From: Octopus sinensis
Taxonomy: Eukaryota
Assembly (NCBI RefSeq): GCF_006345805.1
Contig: NC_042998.1
Span: 60,884,001-60,948,000 of the forward strand
DNA length: 64,000 nucleotides
Reading direction: 5' to 3'
Shown: in pieces, positions 13,640 to 27,038 of the stretch
Layout of the letters: each line of letters begins with the position of its first letter
How positions within the stretch are numbered: the stretch's first letter is position 1
Made by a program: the position numbers and the translations under genes
The notes under the pieces: generated by a model
Told to the model about the DNA's origin: nothing
What the model saw: the letters and a program-made list of their open reading frames with translations, nothing else
Databases searched by the model: none

Positions 13640-14625
13640 GCGGATAGATTTTAACAGGAGCTAAAATAGTTGCCAACTATTAAATTCATTTCCAAGGGAG
13701 TCAAATACGCAACGGTGTAGTTGTTATTTGATATCCCTGAAGAGGCTCGCAAATTTGCGAGCCAGCCCTTGGAGGGCAAAGAAATTTTGTCTCTTCCCAC
13801 GTATTGTGGGAAGAGGTTGACAAGAGCTTGGGTCTGCGGGTTGCCACCCGAGATAAAACCCGAGTGGATAGAGGAGACTATCCGCCGGGGTCTGGGTGGC
13901 AGCGGAGCCAAGCTCCTTAATGTGAAAGATTTTCCTGCGGCTGATTGGGTTGGGTCAAAAGCTGTTTTGACCCTTTGGACCCAATCAGCCGATCTGATTT
14001 TTCCAGATTTTTTGAAAATGGCCGGATGCAGGTACCCGGTGATTCTTGAGGGTCGCCGCCCCACCAGGTGTCATCATTGCCTGGAGCCTGGCCATATAAA
14101 GAAAAACTGTCCCCAGGAACAAAGGTCCTGGAGTAGCTGATTGAGACCTCTGTAGAAGAGGGAATGAAGACGGCCGAGAAGGCTAAGGACTCCTCAAAGA
14201 AGGGCTGCGAGAGGAAGAAGGTGAGCAACAATGGGTGCTCACCGAAAGATCCTAGGGATAAGGAAGGGGAGGCGAATCTCCCGGTCACGGAGGAGACGCA
14301 CCCTCCTTCAGTTGTAAAGAAAAAAGAGGAAGAGGAAGAGAAACGGGACATTGCCGGCAGTCGGTGACATAGCACCGAAATGTCCGGAACCTCGTCGGTT
14401 GGGGTTGTGTCCGGCAGGAACTGTACCGCCAACGGTAAAATTGGATATCCCGCCCCCGAAGTAAGACGAATTATTGGTCTTCTTCAATAGAGGCGGAGAG
14501 GTAGAAAAGGTGGTGGAAAAGCATCATAGGGGAGCACCTTTAGCCTGCACACAGGATCCCGAATGGCCTCCACAAATAGCTTTGGAGGTCATAACATTGC
14601 TCATGATGAATAGGCTGAAGGGACT
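13640..14625 (+). mobile_element. Truncated L1/Tx1-type ORF1 (gag-like) fragment with CCHC zinc knuckle
   Basis: PTYCGKRLTRAWVCGLPPEI...RCHHCLEPGHIKKNC (C-X2-C-X4-H-X4-C). Homologous to the ORF in 29565-31802. Confidence 0.75.
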
Positions 14626-14689
14626 CAATGTTCTAAAAATTCTACCAGCTCAAGAATTGATTTTCTAACAGTAACTTAAAGCCACATAT

Positions 14690-15330
14690 TTGAGGGGAAG
14701 AGTGTAGTCGATTAATTCTACTCTAATGGTAGACTGATACTTTATTTTATCGATCAAAGTAAAAAAGCCAAAGCTGATATCAGTGGGATTTGAACAACCA
14801 GAATAGAGAGCTTAACTTGATACCAAAAGAAATTTCACCTGACGATCCAGATAATAAATGATTGCAGAAACTTCATCAAACTGTAAATAATAATTCTTTC
14901 GATTTTAGGCAGAAGGCCTGAAATTTTGGAGTAAGGGAATAGTTAATTATATTAACTCCAGTGTTTAACTGGTCCCTACTTTATTGACCCTGATAGGATG
15001 AAAGGCAAAGCTGACTTCAGCGAAATTTTAATTCGGAACGTAAAACCGAAAGAAACGCCGCTAAGCATTTAGTCCGGCCTGCTTATGATTCTGGCAGCAC
15101 GTTGCCTTAGCGTAAATAACAATTCTTTTTAATTTTGACACAAGGCCAGCAATGTTGTTTGGGAAAGAAGGTCGATTACATTGATCCCAGGACTTAACTG
15201 GTACTACATTATCGACCCAAAAGGACGAAAAGTAAACCTCGGCAGTATTCGAACTCAGAAAGAGAAGTCGAGAGAAATATCAGTAAGCATTTTGTTCGAT
15301 GTGCTTACAATTCTGTAAGATCACCGCCTT
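14690..15330 (-). mobile_element. Tandem diverged SINE family B copies (about 3)
   Basis: Repeated family B blocks. Confidence 0.65.
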
Positions 15331-15727
15331 AACGTCAATAACTAATTAATTATAATCAGGCTTTGTATTAACAGAAAGCAAGTTAGTTTCACAGTATAAA
15401 TATATTAAACCAGAAAGAATCTAGTACTGATGTTCTATGACGGCATCAGTTAAAAAGAATTTACTTCTTGACCCAAAAGAATATCTGAACAATTAAATAA
15501 GATGCTTTGGTGCAGAAGATCTTTTATTAGAATCGATGTCAGAGGGAGCAAGTATTGTCTGTTCGAAAAATCCAAACGAAGAGTGAATGCTGATCATAAT
15601 TTTAGACCACGTTTTAGACCATCAACATGTAATCTATTCATGAGGAAGTTCTCTATATTGTAGTCATAACAGCACCCCCACACACGCACGCACATAAACA
15701 TATGCATACACAAGAACACAAACACTG

Positions 15728-15805
<78 letters not shown>

Positions 15806-16394
15806 CAAAGTGAAGTTGTAAGGTACCGCAGGAGTGGAATATATATATATATATACAAATCTATATATACACACACACAGAAAAATAAATGTATGTATAT
15901 AAACACCATTAGAAAGACTGCAGAAAGAGCTGTGAAATAAATGAACAATTACTTGACAAATACATTACTTCATAGTTGTAGAAATTTGCTGCGTGCAAAC
16001 CATGGAACCATACAACGGCATAATTAATATTTCAATATTAGATCACCAATAACGGGATTGCTTTACGCGAAGATATATGAACTGGGTGAAGGAATAAGAA
16101 AGAAAACAGCTGAGAAGTCTCAAAGATCACACACAAGAAACTACAACAATTGTGGTCAATAAAGAGTATGGAGATATAAAATTAGTAGTAGTACTAGTAT
16201 CTCTAGAAATGTAATCTAATAAGAATAGACTGATTGATTGTTAATTAAGATATCACTCATAACAATATTTCACGAGCTTATTTTGTTGAGACGAGGGATA
16301 TCTAGTGCATTGTGAAAACTGTTCCAAGAGAAATCTACACTTCAGATGAAATTTATAAACTACATTAAGTTTGTCGTCTATGTGTGTGTGGGTA

Positions 16395-16650
<256 letters not shown>

Positions 16651-17169
16651 CGGATGACGAAGTGTAACTAGAAGCATTTATTAGAACGTATTATTTAACA
16701 CCTACCTTCTAAACCTTAATTCTTTAATTTCAAACTTGACTGTATATATATAATTTTTTTTGCGTAATGAGATAAAAAGCAAGGCTGAGTAAATTTTAGA
16801 ACATTTATAGATAGAAGGTCTTTCTATAAATGTTCTAAAATCTACTAAGCCTTGTTTTTTTTATCTCATATACGCAAAAAATTCTGATATACACACGCTG
16901 ACATATGACCAACATTGAACGCCTTATTCGCAAAATCACCGAAATTGGAACTTAACTATGGTCTGTCTATAGCACTTATTCAGCATTACCTGACACCTTT
17001 GGGTCTCAATGATACCCTTACCTCTCATAACACACACACACAACACACACACACACACCACACACACACACACACATATATATAGTAACGTTAATGCGCA
17101 AATAAAGAATCTTTATCCACCAATGCGGTGTTGAACACTCATTCTCATTGTTCTATATTTACTGTGTAA

Positions 17170-17218
<49 letters not shown>

Positions 17219-17375
17219 ATATATTGCTGCTTAAAATATATATATATGTATACATATATACACATCACGCACACACACTAATACATATATATATATATGT
17301 GTGTGTGTGATTGTGTTTTTGTTGGTCATCCACCGCCGCTTGACAGTCGATACTAGTTGGTTGACGTCCCCGTAA

Positions 17376-18860
17376 CAGTGCAACACCCAAAAAAGTACAA
17401 GAGATCTGTGGCCATTTTTATATGCAAAATGACATGGGAAATCCATTTCTGGCCTTCTTTTTGTTGAATTAGGCAGGGTTTCTACAGAATTGTCACTGTA
17501 TACCTTTTTTTGTCATTATTATTAAATAAAATTCTCCACCGCATTGTAAAATGGGTTTCAACCCAGGGCTAGAGATTCAATGTGATTCAAAGCTTGTGTT
17601 TAATTTTTTTTTTATCTTTCAGATCTTATTTGTTTTCAACAATGAGTGCAAGACAGTGCAAAAATGATCCAAACAGATTCTGTTATATCTGTGGGGAATT
17701 GACTTTTGCTAAAGAAAATCACAGTATTGCACGCCATATCAAGAAGATATACAAGGCGTACTTCGGGAGACCAGGATAAGTCATGGGTTCTTCATGTGTT
17801 TTGCCTTACATGTGTGAAGACATTGAGTGCCTGGTATGCAGGAAAAAACGTTCACATGAAGTTTGGTGTGCCAATGATTTGGCGTGAGCAGAAAGATCAC
17901 TCTAATGATTGCTATTTCTGTCACCATGACTTTACAGGCTGTACCACAGCAAAGAAAAAGAAACACATTGTTTACCCAAATTTGCAATCAACAATGCACC
18001 CAGTAGAGCACTCAGAAAAATTACCTGTGCCCAAACTTCCAGATCAAGAAATGCAGAATTCCAGCAGTGCTGATGAACATTCCAGTGGTGAATTGTGGAG
18101 CCCAATGATCCAGAAAGCGAGAATAAACCAACACCAATTTTTTTTCAAGAGGCTCTAAACGACTTGTGCAGGGATCTCTATTTAATCAAAGAGAAAAATG
18201 AGTTTCTGTCATTAAGGCTTCAAGAACGTAATCTTCTTGAGAAATGAGTGAAGATAACACTACAGAAAACGTAGAGGATCTGCTTGCATTATTCACCATG
18301 AAGGATGACATGTGCTTTTGTAATGACATCACTGAACTTTTTGAGCAACTGGAAATACCATATGATAAAACCAACCGGCGACTTATCATCCATCCATCCA
18401 AGGACAGCATCAAAGCTGTTCTGCTACACAATGGAAACACTCTGCCTTCTGATCCCATAGCTTATAGCACAACCATGAAAGAATCATATGAAAATCTGAA
18501 AGCAATTCTGACAAGCATACAGTATGATGACCATACCTGGCATATTTGTGCAGATTTTAAGGTTGTGGTCATGCTCACTGGCCTTCAGCTTGGCTATACT
18601 AAAGTTTGCTGCTTCCTGTGCTTATGGAATTCCAGAGAAAGAGCCGAACATTATGTACGCAAGTATTGGCTGATCCAAAATGTAACTGAGCAAGGAAAAT
18701 ACAACATCATGCACAAACCACTTGTGAAAAGGGATAGAATGTTTTTACCACCTTCGCTTATTAAACTTGGTTTATTTAAGCAATTTGTGAAAGCCTTGGA
18801 CAAGCAATCCTTCACATTTGCATATCTTGTAGAAAAGTTCCCTTGTCTGTGTCAAGCTAA
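17376..18860 (+). mobile_element. Chapaev-like (CMC superfamily) DNA transposon, frameshifted transposase truncated at the 3' end
   Basis: ATG at 17642. N-terminal CYICGE...WREQKDHSNDCYFC zinc domain; core KAVLLHNGN...CADFKVV...GYTKVCCFLCLWNSR...LPPSLIKLGLFKQFVKAL. Family name comes from motif recall and the termini were not established. Confidence 0.7.
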
Positions 18861-20245
18861 CCGGTTAAATTTCTCGGGATCTGGTTTGATCCAGAGATCT
18901 CCATTTGGAGAAGAACTGGAACGAGGTGACGAGTAGGGCCTCACAGAAATGGGCCGAGGGAAAGCTATCCCTGAAAGGTCGGGCGGAGGTGGAGAATGCT
19001 TACATAACCTCCGTTAATATTATCACCTCACCGTCGTGCCTTGCCTCAGTTTACATCTGACCAAACTGGAATGCGTACTCATTTGCTTTCTGTGAAGGGG
19101 ACGCGTTCCACTAGTCATACGCTCCATTTGCTGTCAGCTCCCGCTGAAATTAGGGCTGGGCATGCCATGGCTGCTGATGCGCAGACATGCAGTGAGGCCG
19201 CAACATCTCTAGCGCTTTCTTGACGGTGAGCAGGTGTGTTCTTCGTTTGTCAGACGGTATTTTCCACAGCTCGCCTCTTTAACTGAGCTGCAGCCTTGGA
19301 TGAAGCGTAGACCGAGGCAAGGCGCCTGGCACTTAGTGTCGTCAGGCACTCATAGTTCTCTGTCAGTCGGGCAACGCAGTGAGTGGAAGTTCCACTCTGA
19401 GGTTCTACAGAGTGTTAGTGGCGGCCAAATGCGACGACTTTCTCAGGGAAAACCCTGAGATTTGACGAGAATCAACTGGCTGGTCTGTTCCGGATTATTT
19501 TCGGGCCGGGGCCCATGAATAATTTCCAGAAATCTTTGACGTGGCAGTGAAACTGGGTAGCGTTGCAGGTTCGGGATAAATTCTACAGGCATGGAAGTGC
19601 CGTCAACCGTGCTTGCCCGAGATGCGCGCAGAGTGACGAAATGGTTCTGCACACTCGTCCTGTGCCCGAGTATTGTTGACCTGTGGGTTTATGTCGAACA
19701 CCTGCTGTCGCGTGTAGGACGGATCCGGCTATCGGTTGGGTCCATTGGGAAGATCGTCCCGTCGCCTTCATTTGACCGGAAAGGGCAGGCAAGTGTTTCT
19801 TTCTCTGGCAGCCTTAGCAAAAGAGTTTGTATGATGAGCCAGATTGAAAGGGCTGAAGAGAGATCATTCTTTTTTGGCCAAGCCCTCAGCAACTTTTATA
19901 AGTTTCATTTGAAAAGAAAAGTGAGGGTAGAGAGGCAAGTGCTACCTCCCAGCAATTTTTTTGAAAGGTAGGTTAATGTGGTAAGAACGGTGTGAGTGGA
20001 CAAGCCTGCTCTAAGCCTGCGCCTATAAACGATAGGTACTTGTCCTTGTGATCGAGGACCCCGTCCTTTTGCGGGGTTTCCAAGAGCAGCCCTAGGAAGT
20101 CTCCCACTTTTGGGAAAATTTTCACTGTTAAAATTTAGTTATTGTTTTCCCTGTTTGTACGCTCCATGTTAAGCAACCCCGCATTGTATTGTCTCGTAAC
20201 GTCCTCAATTTGTCTTTGTGAACCCTTAGTGGTTAATAAAAAAAC
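18860..20245 (+). mobile_element. 5'-truncated L1/Tx1-type LINE ORF2 C-terminus plus 3' UTR
   Basis: KFLGIWF...KWAEGKLSLKGRAEV...LGMPWL, zinc-finger-like CPRCAQSDE..LH...CPSI, and a 3' end ttaataaaaaaa at about 20233-20244. Confidence 0.8.
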
Positions 20246-20329
20246 TCACTGTATACATTGTTAGGCCGAAGTTATACAAAAATGTACCAGTTGAACCCTC
20301 AAAAAATTGCAGGTCTTGTGCTAAAATTT

Positions 20330-20373
<44 letters not shown>

Positions 20374-20412
20374 GTCATCATCATCATCATTATATTATTA
20401 TTATTATTATTA

Positions 20413-20448
<36 letters not shown>

Positions 20449-20559
20449 TATTATTATTATTATCATATTATTATTATTATTATATTATTATTATTATTAT
20501 TATTATATTATTATTATATTATTATTATTATTATATTATTATTACTATTATTATCATTA

Positions 20560-21105
20560 TTGAGTGAAAGAGCAGTGCATGCCATTAAAGTGACACTGGA
20601 GTAAAATATACGAAGACCAGTATACCCATCATGACTACCCGTCTGATAAGGGTACACTAGGCAGATGATTCACAACAATATGTGCGTGACATGGTGATCT
20701 CATATCAAGATAAACAGCACATGACCTTGCAGGTGGGGCCCAGTTAGAATTTTCTTCTGGTTGAGTAACCCATCTCGTTCAAAAGGTCCTTGAATAAGGG
20801 TTGTTTAAGGATGTTGAACGAAACATCCATATTTCCAGAGGTGAATTATTCAAACCCCAAAGAATCCCTCTCAAAACATGGCTATGATGCTCCCCCACTA
20901 CTTCTGCTCGTGATCAGAGATGCACATATCGTCAGCCACTAAGGGACATGCTCAACTGATTATGGTCAAACAACTGACAAGCAAATCTGTGTTATTAAGC
21001 AGAATATTTGCTGTAGCAAGACAAAGCAACGTACATGATAACACTTCCAATCAGTTAGGATCAAAATCCATGAGAGCCACTGCTTGGTACTTCATCAGGG
21101 CTTTT
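20560..21105 (-). mobile_element. ~540-bp non-coding interspersed repeat embedded in (AAT)n
   Basis: High similarity to copies at 56290-56800 and 56822-57358; all are flanked by AAT/TTA microsatellites. Confidence 0.85.
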
Positions 21106-21157
21106 ATTATAATAATAATAATAATAATTATTATTATTATTGTTGTTGTTACTGTTA

Positions 21158-21203
<46 letters not shown>

Positions 21204-21217
21204 TATTATTATTATTC

Positions 21218-22910
21218 AGTAGTTTTATTTTTATAGCGTGCTTTCACTTCACTACCGAGCGCAGCTCTGTGTGCCTGGGTATGTGCTGTGATTTGTTGTG
21301 ATGCTCTGATGGTTATTGTATGGAAAGTGTTCTGCGTAGGATGTGTGCAGTGCCTAGTAGTGCAATTTTCTGTATGTTATATGTGTTTGTAAGTCCTGGT
21401 GTTTTTGTTATGTATTTGTCTGAATATTTTTTATCATGCCTAATGCACCTACTATGATAGGAATTGTTTCTGTTTTCAGATTCCACATTCTAGTTACCTC
21501 TATTTCCAGGTCTTTGTATTTTGAGAGTTTCTCCATTTCTTTTAGAGACACGTTGTCATCTGCCGGTATTGATACATCAATTAGAAAGCATTTTTTTCTT
21601 CATGATCTCTGACAACTATATCTGGTCTGTTGGCCTTAATTTCTCTATCTGTGTGTATCGGCATATCCCAGAGTATGGTTGCTTTCTCGTTTTCTGTGAC
21701 CTTTTCTGGTGTGTGCCTATACCATCTTTTTTCTGTTGTTATTCCATAATGTTGGCATAGCTTCCAATGTATGTAGGTTCCAACTCTGTCATGTCTGTGA
21801 ATATATTCCTTCTTAGCCAGGAATGGGCAGCCAGAGATAATATGATTTATTGTTTCTTGTCCATCTCCACATATTCTGCAGTTACTTGTTATATTTCTTT
21901 TCATTACATGTTTTTGGTAATTTCTGGTGGGGAGGCTTTGTTCTTGTGCTGCAATTAAAAATCCCTCTGTCTCTGCTTTGAGTCCTGAGCTTCTCAACCA
22001 TTGCTGGGATTTTTCTTTGTCTATTTCTTTTGCATTTAGTTTAGTCCAGTATTTACCATGAAGGGGCTTTTCTTGCCATCGTTTTATCATGGTTCTTTGC
22101 TGTTCTAGTTTTAGTTTGGATTTAGTTTGGTGGTTATTTTATAGTAGTTTTCCAGCTGTATAAGGCCTCTACCACCTTCTATACGTTGTATATATAGTAT
22201 TTCTATGTCAGATTTTGGGTGATGCATCCTAGATCATGTCATTATTTTTCTTGTTTTCCTATCTATTTTGGTTAGTTCATTTAGTGTCCAGTTAAGGATA
22301 TTGTAGCTGTAACTTATAACTGAGACAGCTAAAGTGTTAATACCTATTATCTTGTTTTTAGCATTGAGCTCTGTTTTTAGTATTGATCTAACTCGTCTAT
22401 AATATTCTTTTTTTATTTTTTCTTTCATTTGTGTGTGCTGTGTCTTATCTAGTTCATGGATTCCTAAGTATTTGTAAGTTTGGCTTTGGTCTAATTCGTT
22501 TATTTCATTGGTTTTATCTAGTGTGATGTTGCTACTCTTAACTAGTTTTCCTCTTTTCATGGTTACTTTGGCGCATCTTTCTAATCCAAATTTCATATCT
22601 ATTTCTTTGGTAAATCCATGAACTGTCTTTAATAGTGTTTCCAGCTGTTTGTCATTTGCAGCGTATAGTTTTAGGTCATCCATATATAAAAGGTAGCTGA
22701 TCGTTTTGCCGTAACATTTATATCCGCATCCAGTACTATTTAGCATATCAGATAGAGGTGACAGTGCCAAGCAGAAAAGGAGTGGAGAGAGCGTGTCTCC
22801 CTGGAATATTCCTCTTCTAATGGGGATGGCTTTGGTTTTCATGAGTCACTCTTTTGTTTGGAGCTGTAGCATTGTTTGCCATTTATTCATAGAGTGTCCT
22901 ATGAATTTTA
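21218..22910 (-). mobile_element. Dong/R4-type RLE LINE, 5'-truncated (RT domain through restriction-like endonuclease and 3' UTR)
   Basis: RRGIFQGDTLSPLLF, LLYMDDLKLYA, CCHC finger CRICGDGQETINHIISGC, RLE motif RPDIVV...IDVSIP. (TTA)n tracts on both sides. Confidence 0.92.
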
Positions 22911-22913
22911 TAA

Positions 22914-22993
<80 letters not shown>

Positions 22994-23079
22994 CGATGGT
23001 TCCCCAGCATGGCCGCGACCTTCGGGCTAAAACATTTTTAAGGATTTAAGGATTATTATTATTATCATTATTATTATTA

Positions 23080-23290
23080 TTAAGGCAGTGACCTGGTAGA
23101 ATCGTTAGCACGCTAGGTAAAGTGCTTAGTGGCATTTCGTCCATCTTTATGTTCTGAGCTCAAATTCCACCGAGGTCGACTTACCCGCTCACCCATTTAT
23201 GGTCAATGAAATAAGTACCAGTCGATCACTGGGGTCGATGTAATCGACTTATCTTTCACCCCCAAATTGATGGCCTTGTGCCAGAATTTA
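23080..23290 (+). mobile_element. SINE family B copy
   Basis: taaggcagtgacctggtagaatcgttagc...gagctcaaattcc...ggccttgtgccagaattt, with TTA/TCA repeat flanks. Confidence 0.75.
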
Positions 23291-23339
23291 AATCATCATC
23301 AATATTATTATCATTATTATTATTTATTGTCATTGCACA

Positions 23340-23595
23340 ACTTCTAACACTAGAGATGTACTACGGTGCCAGCTGTTCACTGCCAGTGAACCAAAGTAAC
23401 AACCTTTATTTTTCGATCACCATTCGGAGTATTCGAGCGGTTTCAAGTAGTGCTGTTTTCTGTAAGTACCCCATCCTTATTGCACCCCTTATTTGTTCCA
23501 TGTACTTCTTAAGATTTTTCTTACTGTTCCCAGGGCCCCGACAATTATTGATATTACTACCACCTTTTTCAGCGACCACAACTGCTTAACCTCCA
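23340..23595 (-). mobile_element. 3' fragment of a second Dong/R4-like family
   Basis: KKVVVISIIVGALGT / YLQKTALLETARILRMV, similar to 57400-57750. Confidence 0.65.
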
Positions 23596-23599
23596 AATA

Positions 23600-24790
23600 T
23601 TATTCTTGTGATGCTCTTATTTTCACTGTATTGAAAGTGTTTTACGTAGGATATGTGCGGTGCCTTGTAATGCTATTTTCTATAAGCTATACATACTTGT
23701 AGGTCCTGGTGTTTTTGTTACGTATTTGACTGAATGTTTTTTTTTATCATATCTAATGTGCCTACAATGATAGGAATTGTTTCTGTTTTTAGACTTGATA
23801 TTCGAGTTCTTTATTTCCAGATCTTTGTATTTTGAAAGTTTCTACGTTTCTTTTAAAGAAACGTTGTCACCTGTTAGTATTGATGCATCGATTAGAAAGC
23901 ATTTTTTTCTTGGTGATCTCAGACAACCATATCCGGCCTGTTGGCCTTAGTTTCTCTATCTGTGTGCATTGGCATATCCCAGAGTATGGTTGCTTTCTCA
24001 GTTTCCGTGACCTTTTCTGGCGTGTGCCTGTACTATCTTTTTTCAGTTGTTATTCCATATTGCTGGCATAGCTTCCAGTGTCTATAGGTCCTAACTCTGT
24101 CGTGTCTGTGAATATATTCCTTCTTAGCCAGGACTGGGCAGCCAGAGACAATATGATTTATTGTTTCTTGTCCATCACCACATATTCTGCAGTTAATTGT
24201 TATGTTTCCTTTCATTATATGTTTTTGGTAAATTCAGGTGGGGAGGCTTTGATCTTATGCTGCAATTAAAAATCCCCCCGTCTCTGCTTTGAGTCCTGAG
24301 CTTCTCAACCATTGCTGGGATTTTGCTTTGCCTATTTCTTTTCTGTTTAGACTAACCCAATATTTGTCATGAAGGGGCTTTTCTTGCCATCGTTTTATCA
24401 TGGTCAGTTGCTGTTCCAGTTTTAGTTTCCAGTTTTAGTCCTATTGTTTTTATTTTGTAATAGTTTCCTAGCTGGACAAGGCCTATACCACCTTCGATAT
24501 GTCATATATATAACCTTTCTATGTCAGATTTTGGATGGTGCATCTTAAATCCTATCATTATTTTTCTTGTTTTCCTGTCTATTTTGATTAGTTCATTTAG
24601 AGTCCAGTTAAGAATATTGTAGCTGTAACTTATAACTGGGACGGCTAGAGTGTTGATACCTATTATCTTGTTTTTCGCGTTGATTTCTGTTTTCAGTATT
24701 AATCTGACTCTTCTATGCTATTCTTTTTTATCTTCTCTTTCATTTGTGTATTGTATCATATCTAATTCATTGATTCCTAAGTATTTGTAT
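23600..24790 (-). mobile_element. Second, more diverged copy of the Dong/R4 LINE 3' half
   Basis: Collinear with about 21300-22480; CRICGDGQETINHIVSGC. Flanked by (TTC)n(TTA)n at its truncated 5' end. Confidence 0.9.
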
Positions 24791-24849
24791 GTCTTCTTCT
24801 TCTTCTTCTTCTTCTTCTTCTTCTTCTTCTTCTTCTTCTTCTTCTTCTT

Positions 24850-24880
<31 letters not shown>

Positions 24881-26339
24881 TTATTATTATTATTATTATA
24901 TTATTATTAGCTTCTGTTCGAGTCAAAAACTCAGTAGTTTTTGGATTTTAAATAAGGTTTAAATGTGAATAAGTTTTCTAATTTAATGAGAGTACAAAAG
25001 TCGAAGAAAGGAATTTGGAAGCTGCATGTCCCTAAAATGACTGCTTCATTCCTTGAGGAACAGGTAGGAAGGTAACATGTCACTGCTTCACAAAAACCGG
25101 AGTTTGGTATGTTTTGTACACCCTTAACAGAGCAGTTAAAGGAAGCTCTAGATAATATGTGACACTGTCGTGACACAGAGTATTATTTTTATGTATAGAA
25201 GGGCTTACAGAAGTATATGCCTGGTCTTCAAGGCTGAGGACAAGATATGAAAGGACGAGGTGATGCACAATACCTCAGCTATTGGCAGATGCAGTAGTAC
25301 ATGGGTTAGTACATCTCGAGGATTTCAACGCAGTCCAATAAATGTAATAAGTAAAAATATAAAGATAGAAATAAAACCACATTCCTTGATTGTAATTAAA
25401 ATTTCTTTTGGTTCCTTCTTCGTTTCCTTTGTCCAGAAGTAATGAAAGTGTCTCAAATCTTGCAAAGTTTAATTTCATAACTTGAAATTAAAGCATGACG
25501 CTGTTCCACACTATATTAACTGTCGCTTGATCTCAGGCAACATTTCTTGAGGTTCTGCAGCCTGTTTTCTCAGTCAGATTAACCGAAGCATATAGACCTA
25601 CTTAATTTCAAGAGACAATACGAAATACATCCAGCAAATATTATCGCACAACTTAATAACGTGGCCTTATGGTTTTTTAATGCACTTGAAGAAATAGCTT
25701 CAAATTTTATCAGAAAGCCAGCAGTTTTAGAAGAAGAGGGTAAATCTATTCCATCGACCCCAGTAATTGCTAGAACTTTATTTTATCGATCTCGAAGGAT
25801 GAAAGGCGAAGTCGACCTCGGCGAAAGTTTTACTCAAAATGTAATGAGTCGGAAGAAATATCGCTAAGTATTTTGTCCCGCGCGTTAACCTTTCTGTCAG
25901 CTCACCGCTTGCAATATGTTAGAAATAGCAACCTAATATGTTTCAAAGTATACACCACTATTTCATGAAAAGGAAGGTCATATAAAACTTATGTGGTTCT
26001 AAGTATATACAATGCATGAAAAACAATAAAGGAAGGATAGTTACGGCTGAAATACCTTCGATTACGGCTTTGGTCAAAACTGTCGAACAGATTAAACATG
26101 AACTCAAAGCTCAAGAAACGTTTATCAAATGCTTTATTCTCTCATTCATTTTACTTCTTAACTACGATTCATTTCTGGCCTGAAGTTATTCTAGTATTAA
26201 ACCTAGATATTTTCTTATTTTCGAATTTAGTTCTAGAATTAAGCTTACAAGTGTTTCTTAGGAACAAAAATAAGCAAATTTTATATCAGATTCTCCGAAT
26301 CTTTACTTGTTTCAGTCACTAGACTGAGGGACACCATTC

Positions 26340-26640
26340 AGAAGGGTTTAGTCGAAAAACTCTTAGTTTATCGTTGTCTTTCACCGAACCACTAATTAAA
26401 GGGGACGTAAACAAACTAACACTGGTTGTCAAGCGAGTTGGGAGAAACACAAAGACACTCTCACACACATATACATACATATATTCGGCAGATTTCCACA
26501 TAGTTTCCCTCTACCAAATTCACTCACAAGGCGTTGGTCAGTCCGGAGCTATAGTAAAAGACACTTGCACAAGGTGCCGCGCAGTAGGACTAAACTTGAA
26601 ACCACGTGGTTGGGAAGCGAACTTCTTAATCATAGAGCTA
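26340..26640 (-). mobile_element. tRNA-derived SINE family A (octopus OK/OR-type) copy
   Basis: gacacttgcacaaggtgccgcgcagtaggact...ggggacgtaaacaaactaacactgg blocks shared with 29105-29490. Confidence 0.75.
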
Positions 26641-26962
26641 TTCAATTTTATTATATGATTCTATAATTAAATTATAATTTCCCGTCTATTAACTTTATTT
26701 ATGGAATATCTATTTACAATAATTTATCTACACTGCATTTCTGTTGGCTTGTTCTCCCATAGTCATCTATTTCAACAGGAGAGTCGGACCTTTTCATATA
26801 AATACATATATTTTTTTTTCTTGCATTTCATATATCTAATATACTTTATATAATGATCTAATTTGCTTTCCCTATATTTACTTCTATACCTGCTCAAGTT
26901 TAAACCACTTGAGCACCACTAAGTGTATTCTATACGGAGAATATCTGGATCTCATTTATGAA

Positions 26963-27038
<76 letters not shown>

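Noticed and set aside
19041-19971. Several separate ORFs called on both strands
   Set aside because: They are frameshifted pieces or antisense shadows of the single Tx1/L1 ORF2 relic.
24990-25450. Possible hAT-like or other coding relic (SSTWVSTSRGF)
   Set aside because: The resemblance is too weak and stop-riddled to assign.
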